A DNA stretch of 64,000 nucleotides, taken from the NCBI GenBank assembly GCA_009779855.1, contig WRBC01000004.1, positions 30,769-94,768 of the forward strand, read 5' to 3'. The DNA is from Coriobacteriia bacterium (lineage in GTDB: Bacteria; Actinomycetota; Coriobacteriia; WRKU01; WQUG01). The notes under the pieces were generated by a model, which saw nothing but the letters and a program-made list of their open reading frames with translations, did not search any database and was not told where the DNA came from. The translations under genes were made by a program, and so were the position numbers. Shown here one piece after another: positions 17,032 to 24,326 of this stretch; positions within the stretch are counted from its first letter, which is position 1; each line of letters begins with the position of its first letter.

Positions 17032-17982
17032 ATGGAGCAATGCGAGGAAAGCTATGGGATTACAGCAAGTATAGGTGTGGACTTCTCTGTTTCAGAAGAT
17101 GGACGTATCTACATTGCTGACATATCTGCCCTTTCAGCCAATGCACTACTTGAAATCTATGCAACCAGTAGAGGCACTAGTTTTTTACAGGACAAGTTTG
17201 TGGCATTAGTTGCAGATGGAGAGATTATTTCAAAAGGAAGTCTGCCCTTTGGAAATGCTACGTTGCGTAGAGTTACAGATAGACTTGCTAGTGTGACGAT
17301 AAGCGAGGGGCAGGTTAAGGTTAAACTTCAGAAGCGACTTCCTGGAGAGCGTAGCACCATACGCTCAAGACTATGGAAAAAGAAATGCTTGACCTGTTCA
17401 GATGGAAGTGATGATTCTCCCAGTAGGATAGAGTCTGCAAAAGAAGACTGTCACCTAGAAGAACTCAAACAAAATCTAAAGGAGTTAGATGTCTTCGTAA
17501 AGAACTCACGCGGAATCACAGCAGAGGAATACGAGAAGACAGAAAGCATCAATAATGCTCCTCCGCAATATACTGTCAAAATAAGGCAAGGTAATCCGCT
17601 TAGAGCCATTGTTAGTCGCAGCTTTGAGTATATAGATTACAGGCAAGCTGAACATGAGCGCATCATGGGAGAGAAAGTAAGGGTCTTACAGAGTCAAAAG
17701 AATATGCGGCTGTGCGAAGTTGAAGAACGTACAGGCGGAGACTATGTCATTTATGGTCTTACCCATTTTAGGAAAACCTTAGAAGATAAGATTCACTTCG
17801 TCTCTGAAAACCCAGAACAGTTTGCAGAAAAAGAGCCGTACCCTAGAGAGGTAGAAGATATTGCTGCTGACCTTGTTTGGGATGGGGTGTATGAAAATCC
17901 CTATCATCGTGAACCAGAATGTCATAAACGAGTAGTCCGAGAATATATCGACAGGCTGGAAGACTACTATTGGCGACTATAG
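17032..17982 (+). CDS. hypothetical cytoplasmic protein, no recognisable domain
   Basis: About 316 aa, charged, with no TM segment. ATG 17032 follows a GGATGAGGAG SD; the ORF-track TTG start is 17014. It follows paralog 3 by about 30 nt on the same strand. Confidence 0.55.
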   Translation: MEQCEESYGITASIGVDFSVSEDGRIYIADISALSANALLEIYATSRGTSFLQDKFVALVADGEIISKGSLPFGNATLRRVTDRLASVTISEGQVKVKLQKRLPGERSTIRSRLWKKKCLTCSDGSDDSPSRIESAKEDCHLEELKQNLKELDVFVKNSRGITAEEYEKTESINNAPPQYTVKIRQGNPLRAIVSRSFEYIDYRQAEHERIMGEKVRVLQSQKNMRLCEVEERTGGDYVIYGLTHFRKTLEDKIHFVSENPEQFAEKEPYPREVEDIAADLVWDGVYENPYHREPECHKRVVREYIDRLEDYYWRL

Positions 17983-18032
17983 CCGAGAAGCTAACCTTGT
18001 CTACGCTATAATGAAGTTGCTCAACTGAAGGT

Positions 18033-18485
18033 ATGGCAAGGAGAAAACACTTGAAGGTATATCTCGACATTTGCTGCTTTAATCGTCCTTTTGACGATCA
18101 AGTGCAGCTCAAGATTAAACTAGAGACTGATGCCAAGTTATTTGTGCAACAGCAGATTCTGCTAGGGAAATATCAGCTAGTGTGGTCATATATTCTTGAC
18201 TATGAAAACAGTAAAAGCCCTTTCAAAGAGCAGAGCCGAGCAATAGCTGCGTGGGAGAAGCTCTCCTGCGAAACTATTGACGAAACACCTGCTGTGCTTG
18301 CTCGTGCTAAGAAACTAATAGACTCTGGCATAAAGACAATGGATGCCTTGCACATTGCCTGTGCCGCAGAGAGTGGCTGTGATTACTTTATTACAACTGA
18401 CCGCCGCCTACTTTCAGCGGCAGAGCCAGACGTTAAGATTGTAAACCCTGTACAATTCATTCAAGAGATTGAGGTGACAACATGA
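18033..18485 (+). CDS. PIN-domain protein (VapC-like toxin candidate)
   Basis: N-terminal acidic 'VYLDICCFNRPFDDQ' and C-terminal 'MDALHIACAAESGCDYFITTDRRLL' match the PIN-fold conserved Asp positions. Confidence 0.7.
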   Translation: MARRKHLKVYLDICCFNRPFDDQVQLKIKLETDAKLFVQQQILLGKYQLVWSYILDYENSKSPFKEQSRAIAAWEKLSCETIDETPAVLARAKKLIDSGIKTMDALHIACAAESGCDYFITTDRRLLSAAEPDVKIVNPVQFIQEIEVTT

Positions 18486-18688
18486 CCAGTGAAACCGTAC
18501 TAAAAAATGAAGGCTTGCAATTGCTCACTAAGCATCTGGGCATGGTAGAAGCTGAACGCTTTATCGCACTGATGGCTCGTGAGCCATTTGATTACACGGA
18601 ATGGCGCAGAGATAAGTTCGATGACGTTTCTCTTGAAGAGCTAAGTGCTGCTGCCATGAAGCATGTCAGTGCAAAGAGGAACATGTGA
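18482..18688 (+). CDS. small protein translationally coupled to the PIN gene (putative antitoxin/partner)
   Basis: 68 aa with an ATGA start/stop overlap with the PIN ORF. I recognise no family. Confidence 0.45.
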   Translation: MTSETVLKNEGLQLLTKHLGMVEAERFIALMAREPFDYTEWRRDKFDDVSLEELSAAAMKHVSAKRNM

Positions 18689-18784
18689 TAGGATTGATTG
18701 TCGTTGATTGTTCATAGCAGCTTTATGAGCAATCTAGTGGAGCAAGAAGGTGTCGAATGCAAGATGGAATTGTTGCCAGTAAAG

Positions 18785-18808
18785 TTTGCCGCAAATCTGC
18801 CGCAAATG
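18785..18808 (+). repeat. arm repeat, right copy (tttGCCGCAAATctGCCGCAAATg)
   Basis: 24 nt identical to 9401-9424 in the same orientation. It lies about 95 nt inside attR. Confidence 0.7.
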
Positions 18809-18902
18809 TGCAGCGTTTCAGGTAGTGCCAGATGTAGTCAACTAGCCTATCTACCTGCGCAGATAGTGCTAAACATTACCTGCTATTACCTATCTGAAAA
18901 CA

Positions 18903-18948
18903 CTGGCAGCCATGAGGTCACCGGTTCGATCCCGGTAGGCTCCACCAT
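18903..18948 (+). repeat. attR: core plus displaced tRNA-Ala 3' half (no 5' half present)
   Basis: ctggcagccatgaggtca is followed by T-arm ACCGG-TTCGATC-CCGGT, then AGGCTCCACCA. It starts exactly at the anticodon loop and the preceding sequence is unrelated to the tRNA. Confidence 0.85.
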
Positions 18949-19062
18949 TACACGTTCGCCATTTCCACGCAATTTGAGATACGCTTGTCTTGCAGGGTGA
19001 AGTTTTGCTCATACCTTAAAAGGGTAAGGCTGTTCCAGTTTTCAAGAAAGAGAACATTACTT

Positions 19063-19563
19063 ATGGAAGAATCTACCGCATTTGATAAATTGCTTGCTAG
19101 TGATACCTTTTCTCGCTTCAGTAGGTTTTGGTTTTTCTGCTTTACTATTGCACTTATTCTGCCTCTTTTGGGACCGGACAGAATTTGGATTTTATCCGCA
19201 GCTCCCTTTGCGCTTCTGCTATTGAATGCTTATATCCAACTGTTGTATGCCATTCAAATCAGAAAACCTATACTGGATAAAAGATCACTTTCTTTACCTA
19301 GGTTCTTTTTATACGCAGGTAACTCATTCTTTGTGTTTTCTCTACTGCCCTTAGCAGCACTCACTTTTATACCGGGTGCACTTGAGGAAATGAGCGACTA
19401 CCTGATTGTGCCCCTTACATCCGCAGAGGTAACGACGGGCCTCTTTTTGCTTCTTGGGTGTGCAATATTAACTGTTTTGGGTACCTTGCTTTCAATTGTT
19501 CGTGGGCGTCAGATGGAAGCACTTGCCAAAGAGGGTGAAGGGGGACAAGGTAAAGAGGGTTAA
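19063..19563 (+). CDS. integral membrane protein, unknown function
   Basis: ATG 19063 ('MEESTAFDKLL') is followed by four hydrophobic segments. The ORF-track start 18985 would run into attR. Confidence 0.5.
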   Translation: MEESTAFDKLLASDTFSRFSRFWFFCFTIALILPLLGPDRIWILSAAPFALLLLNAYIQLLYAIQIRKPILDKRSLSLPRFFLYAGNSFFVFSLLPLAALTFIPGALEEMSDYLIVPLTSAEVTTGLFLLLGCAILTVLGTLLSIVRGRQMEALAKEGEGGQGKEG

Positions 19564-19599
19564 CCTAAGGGTAAACCTGTAAACGATATGGTTATGATT

Positions 19600-19626
19600 G
19601 AGCGACCCTTAGGGTCGCTCTTTTAC
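19600..19626 (+). terminator. rho-independent terminator
   Basis: GAGCGACCC-tta-GGGTCGCTC is a perfect 9-bp stem followed by TTTT. It lies 37 nt after the stop at 19563. Confidence 0.8.
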
Positions 19627-19636
19627 AATGTAGCTT

Positions 19637-20641
19637 ATGTTTACGCTATTGCTCAGAGGCCTAGTTCGTGGATTCGCCCTATTTTTCGGGATATTTTCTG
19701 CACTTAATATCGTCATTTCCCGTTTTGGTGCGGCCAGGGCAGAGGATATCTGGTGGATTCAGTTTGATTATCTTCCTTCGTGGGCAGTGGCAATCCTGTC
19801 TGCGATTCTAGCGGTTGCGCTTATTTGTTATGCAGTTAAGCCTGAAATGGGTATGCCTAGAAGGGCTATTACGACAGGGGTTTGTCTTGTCTATGCTATA
19901 TTTGCTCTTGTAAATGTGTTCGAGTATTACAGCTTGCTAAATGCGGGAGCCTTCACGACGCGCTTTCCTGTTCCGTTCTCACTTTTTATAGTTTTTGGGT
20001 TTCTTCTAACGGGAGTTGTGGCATGGGTACTCAATGAACAGAAGACAAAAATTGCAGAGATTGCTCTAGGTGTTGTCTTTGCCCTGTTAGGGGTATTGCT
20101 TTTTCCTTTGGCTCAAATATATACCTTTGGCTTTACTGACTATTCAAGAGAGGCAGATGTTGCTGTAGTTTTTGGTGCACGCGCTTTTGCAGATGGAAGA
20201 CTCTCCACAACACTGCGTGATCGTGTGGACCGCTCAATCGAACTTTATCATGACGGATATGTTCCAAAGCTGCTCTTTACTGGCGGTGTTGATGCTGACG
20301 GAGTAAATGAGCCACAAATGATGAAGGCTTATGCTGTTTCACATGGGGTAGATCCAGTGCATATCATTCTTGATGATCAGGGAAATAATACTGATCTTTC
20401 TGCAAGGAATACTGTTCCTATTTTCCATGAAATGGGGGCGACAAGGGTTCTTGCAATCAGTCAGAATTTTCACCTACCGCGCATCAAAATGACTTACCGC
20501 GCAGAAGGTTTTAATGTTTTGACTGTGCCAGCACATAGTGATCACTTCATTCCAGGGACTCATATGAATTTGGCACGAGAGACTGTAGCCTTTTGGGCTT
20601 ACTGGTTGCGAAGTGGTGTTCGAGACCTGCGCGTACCCTAG
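19637..20641 (+). CDS. membrane-anchored DUF218 (YdcF/ElyC/SanA-like) protein
   Basis: N-terminal TM bundle followed by 'VVFGARAFADGRLSTTLRDRVDRSIELYHDGYVPKLLFTGG' and 'QNFHLPR', typical of the DUF218 family. Confidence 0.7.
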   Translation: MFTLLLRGLVRGFALFFGIFSALNIVISRFGAARAEDIWWIQFDYLPSWAVAILSAILAVALICYAVKPEMGMPRRAITTGVCLVYAIFALVNVFEYYSLLNAGAFTTRFPVPFSLFIVFGFLLTGVVAWVLNEQKTKIAEIALGVVFALLGVLLFPLAQIYTFGFTDYSREADVAVVFGARAFADGRLSTTLRDRVDRSIELYHDGYVPKLLFTGGVDADGVNEPQMMKAYAVSHGVDPVHIILDDQGNNTDLSARNTVPIFHEMGATRVLAISQNFHLPRIKMTYRAEGFNVLTVPAHSDHFIPGTHMNLARETVAFWAYWLRSGVRDLRVP

Positions 20642-20760
20642 TGTGATCTCTTTCCTGGAGGTGCAGTATTTTCTTTGTGCGCTGCAGAATCTAGGCTTTA
20701 GTTTGATATGATTGACAGCGTTATTCTCTGATTTATACACAACACAGAAAGGTGCGAGCT

Positions 20761-23343
20761 GTGGCACGCGACTATAACCCTGAAAATATAGAACTTAAGT
20801 GGCAGGCAATCTGGGAAGACTCAGGCATTTATCACTGTGAAATTGATCCCGATAAACCGAAAAAGTATGTTTTAGAGATGTTTCCCTATCCATCAGGGAG
20901 CCCGCATATGGGGCATGTTCGCAATTACACCATAGGTGATGTTATTGCTCGCGCTGCCCGTATGCGCGGATACAATGTCTTGCACCCTATGGGCTGGGAT
21001 GCTTTTGGACTGCCTGCTGAAAATGCTGCAATCAAACAGAATTCACATCCTGCTGTTTGGACCTACCAGAACATAGAGGTGCAAGAAAAATCATTCAAGC
21101 GTATGGGTTTTTCCTACGACTGGAGGCGTAAGATTGTTACCTGCGATCCTGAGTATTACCGCTGGGGACAGTGGCTTTTTCTAAAGATGCATGAACGTGG
21201 CCTGGTGGAACGTAAAAAGAGTCCCGTAAATTGGTGCCCAGAGTGCGCCACCGTGCTCGCGAACGAACAGGTAGAAGGTGACGGGGTCTGCTGGCGCTGC
21301 GCAAGCCGTGTAGAAAAGCGCAACCTCGCCCAGTGGTATTTCAAGATAACTGACTATGCACAAGAGCTACTTGATGACCTGGATCAGCTTGAGCTGTGGC
21401 CAGAACGCGTAAAGACCATGCAGGCAAATTGGATTGGGAGAAGTACAGGAGCAAACATCACATTCTCCATCTGTGATGAGCAGGGTGAATCGACCGATCA
21501 GGCCATTACGGTCTATACAACAAGGCCCGACACTCTTTTCGGTTGTAGTTTTTTCCTGCTGGCACCAGAACATCCTTTAGTGGAAGAATTTACCGCGGGT
21601 ACGCCCTATGAGGCTGATTGCAGGGCCGTTATCGAAGCTAGTGCTCGTGAAACTGCAGTAGAGCGTGAAAGTGGTATTGCGGAAAAGCAGGGGGCTTTCA
21701 CAGGTCGTTTCGTGGTGAATCCTATCAACGGGGCAAAGGTTCCTGTTTGGATTGCAAATTACGTGCTAATGGACTACGGTACGGGTGCTGTTATGGCAGT
21801 TCCTTCAGGAGATGACCGTGATTTTGAATTCGCGCGTCACTATGGTCTCGACATTCCACCTGTTGTAGTAGCAGAAGATGATCCTTTGCTAAGTACACTT
21901 CGTGATGAGTCAGACCTTGTTCAGAAAAATGTTGACTGGGACACGGGCTATACAGGTCCTGGGGTTTTGGTACAGTCAGGACCTTTCACAGGCATGAAAG
22001 GTGGGAAAGATAGCGAAGCCTGTCGTGCGATTGTTGAGGCTTTGGCAACAGAAGGTAAAGGCGAGGCAACAGTCAATTTCCGTCTTCGCGACTGGCTGAT
22101 TTCAAGGCAGCGCTACTGGGGTAACCCCATTCCTATGATTCACTGTGATGTTTGCGGATTAATCCCTGTTCCCGAAGAGCAACTTCCTGTGATTTTGCCG
22201 CTTGATCTTGATATTAGCAAGGGTGCGACCCTAGATAGTGACCCTAGCTTTTATGAAGTTGATTGTCCTGCTTGTGGCGCTCAAGCAAAACGTGAAACAG
22301 ATACTATGGATACCTTTACCTGCAGTTCATGGTACTTTCTTCGCTTTGCTGATGCGCGTAATGATGAGCAAGCGTTTAGCAAAAAAAGCGCCGACTATTG
22401 GATGCCTGTCGATAACTATACGGGCGGTATTGAGCACGCAATTCTTCACTTGCTTTACTCTCGCTTTTTCACCAAGGTGATGCGTGATATGGACATGTTG
22501 AACTTTGACGAGCCCTTTAAGCAGTTACTGACACAAGGTATGGTCAAGCTTGACGGTGAAAAAATGAATAAGTCAAAAGGTAATATTGTGTCTCCTGATG
22601 AAGTGGTGCCGCGTTATGGTGCAGATACTGTACGTGGTTACATAATGTTCATGGCTCCGCCAGACAAAGATCTGGACTGGTCTCCTGATGGTGTAGAGGG
22701 AATGCATCGCTTCTTAGGGCGCGTTTGGCGCCTTGTAGGTGAATATGTGGACACATGTGTTCTCGCCGGTTCTGCTAGTGCAACAAATAGTGACGAGGAA
22801 GCTATAGTTAGGCAGTCATTACGGGATACTCAAGACGCTTCACTTACTGACGCAGAGCAGACTTTGCGACGTCTGACACATAAGCTAACAAAAAAGGCGA
22901 CCGATGACATTGATCGCCAGCAGTTTAATACAGCAATAGCTGCGCTGATGGAGCTAACGAATGCTCTCTATGACTTTAAGAAGCAGGACAATTGGACGGA
23001 TTCAGTTTACACAGCAGAAGGCATTGATGCCTTGTTGAAGATGCTCGCCCCAATTGCCCCTCATATAACAGAAGAGTTGTGGCGTGACTTGCATGGTGAA
23101 CAGGTGGAGAGCATTCATGTGCAGGACTGGCCTAGTTATAACCCTGACTATGTAGTTGCAGATACTATTGAGTTGCCTGTACAGGTTAACGGTAAAATTC
23201 GCGGCCGTGTAGAGGTAGCAGCTGATGCAGCAGATGAGGTTGTCGCAGAAGCAGCAAAAATAGCTGTGTCAGATCACATTGATGACGAAGAAATCAAGAA
23301 GCTTATAGTAGTGCCGGGTCGTATCGTCACTATAGTTATTTAA
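20761..23343 (+). CDS. leuS: leucine--tRNA ligase
   Basis: '[17 protein letters not shown]' (HIGH region), 'KMNKSKGN' (KMSKS) and CP1/zinc motifs are present. GTG 20761 follows a GAAAGGTG SD; the ORF-track start is GTG 20752. Confidence 0.97.
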   Translation: MARDYNPENIELKWQAIWEDSGIYHCEIDPDKPKKYVLEMFPYPSGSPHMGHVRNYTIGDVIARAARMRGYNVLHPMGWDAFGLPAENAAIKQNSHPAVWTYQNIEVQEKSFKRMGFSYDWRRKIVTCDPEYYRWGQWLFLKMHERGLVERKKSPVNWCPECATVLANEQVEGDGVCWRCASRVEKRNLAQWYFKITDYAQELLDDLDQLELWPERVKTMQANWIGRSTGANITFSICDEQGESTDQAITVYTTRPDTLFGCSFFLLAPEHPLVEEFTAGTPYEADCRAVIEASARETAVERESGIAEKQGAFTGRFVVNPINGAKVPVWIANYVLMDYGTGAVMAVPSGDDRDFEFARHYGLDIPPVVVAEDDPLLSTLRDESDLVQKNVDWDTGYTGPGVLVQSGPFTGMKGGKDSEACRAIVEALATEGKGEATVNFRLRDWLISRQRYWGNPIPMIHCDVCGLIPVPEEQLPVILPLDLDISKGATLDSDPSFYEVDCPACGAQAKRETDTMDTFTCSSWYFLRFADARNDEQAFSKKSADYWMPVDNYTGGIEHAILHLLYSRFFTKVMRDMDMLNFDEPFKQLLTQGMVKLDGEKMNKSKGNIVSPDEVVPRYGADTVRGYIMFMAPPDKDLDWSPDGVEGMHRFLGRVWRLVGEYVDTCVLAGSASATNSDEEAIVRQSLRDTQDASLTDAEQTLRRLTHKLTKKATDDIDRQQFNTAIAALMELTNALYDFKKQDNWTDSVYTAEGIDALLKMLAPIAPHITEELWRDLHGEQVESIHVQDWPSYNPDYVVADTIELPVQVNGKIRGRVEVAADAADEVVAEAAKIAVSDHIDDEEIKKLIVVPGRIVTIVI

Positions 23344-23447
23344 CGATTACTTAATGCTGATTTAGCTTGACAATAATCACCCTTTAATCCTTGCCAGGTA
23401 CACTTTAGGTACTCAAAAATTCTGGGGGTCAGAATTGTGAGGGCAAA

Positions 23448-24326
23448 GTGGATAACGAGAGATATGCTCGCTATTTGGATGATAGTCCTTTCCGGCCAGA
23501 AGGTAAGCTAGGTCAAAATGTTGATCGTGCTGATCAAGGCTCCGTACTTGAGTCTAAGGCCGCTGATAACAAGCATCAAGTAACCCTGCGGGGACTACAG
23601 GTTACTTTGACGGATATAAAAAGTAAGCTGGGATTGCAGGGGCTATCACACACTTCTGCAATCTTGTTAGCCTTATTTGTTCTTCTGCTCTGCACTTTTG
23701 CAGTGTGGAACTATTCACCCAGTTTGCAAGGAATGTTTTCCCGTCAGTCATACGGGGATGAACCTTCGCTGGTAAAGGCGGGTGGTAGTACTGACTCTGC
23801 TTCTGCAATAGACGACAATGAAGATAGTGCCGAGTTAGGTTCAGAAGGTTCAACAGGAACCATTTATGTCTATATCAGCGGGGCTGTACATCAGCCTGAT
23901 GTTTATGAACTGGAATCCAGTGCGCGGATAATTGATGTGCTTAATGCAGCGGGTGGCTTTCTCGACTCTGCTGCACATGAAGCCGTTAATCTAGCCGCAG
24001 AATTGGACGATGGTACCCAAGTTCATATTTTAACAAGGAAAGAATTTGAAGAGCAGGGCGGCGGAATAGCAGCCGTTATTACGAATAGCTCTTCCTCAGA
24101 AGTTACTGGTGAGTCCAATGCAGGGGATGGACTCGTGAATCTTAACATGGCTGACAGTACTACCTTGCAAACTCTTCCGGGAATAGGACCTGTAACTGCC
24201 GACAAGGTTATTGCGGACAGAGAAGCCAATGGTCCCTACTCGAGCCTTGAAGATTTGACACGCGTTTCCGGAATTGGGCCAAAGCGTGTTGAAGGGCTGG
24301 AGGGTATCGCCAGTGTCGGACCATAA
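23448..24326 (+). CDS. comEA: ComEA-family DNA receptor (SLBB plus helix-hairpin-helix)
   Basis: TM anchor, then 'IYVYISGAVHQPDVYELESSARIIDVLNAAGG' (SLBB). The C-terminal 'LNMADSTTLQTLPGIGPVTADKVIADRE...LEDLTRVSGIGPKRVE' is the HhH pair. Confidence 0.85.
   Translation: MDNERYARYLDDSPFRPEGKLGQNVDRADQGSVLESKAADNKHQVTLRGLQVTLTDIKSKLGLQGLSHTSAILLALFVLLLCTFAVWNYSPSLQGMFSRQSYGDEPSLVKAGGSTDSASAIDDNEDSAELGSEGSTGTIYVYISGAVHQPDVYELESSARIIDVLNAAGGFLDSAAHEAVNLAAELDDGTQVHILTRKEFEEQGGGIAAVITNSSSSEVTGESNAGDGLVNLNMADSTTLQTLPGIGPVTADKVIADREANGPYSSLEDLTRVSGIGPKRVEGLEGIASVGP

Larger units (their letters stand above)
9300..18947. mobile_element. integrative element (satellite/PICI-like or integrative mobilizable element, IME) inserted in tRNA-Ala
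   Basis: It is bounded by an identical 18-bp core (9300-9317 and 18903-18920) followed by near-identical tRNA 3' halves. It carries int, an Xis-type HTH gene, an RCR Rep, a TerS-like gene and cargo. Both flanks are housekeeping genes. Confidence 0.85.

Noticed and set aside
18698-19000. 100-aa + strand ORF spanning the arm repeat and attR
   Set aside because: It reads straight through the duplicated arm repeat and the displaced tRNA 3' half ('GSHEVTGSIPVGSTI' is the tRNA translated). The ORFs at 9296-9496 and 9366-9596 at attL are rejected for the same reason.
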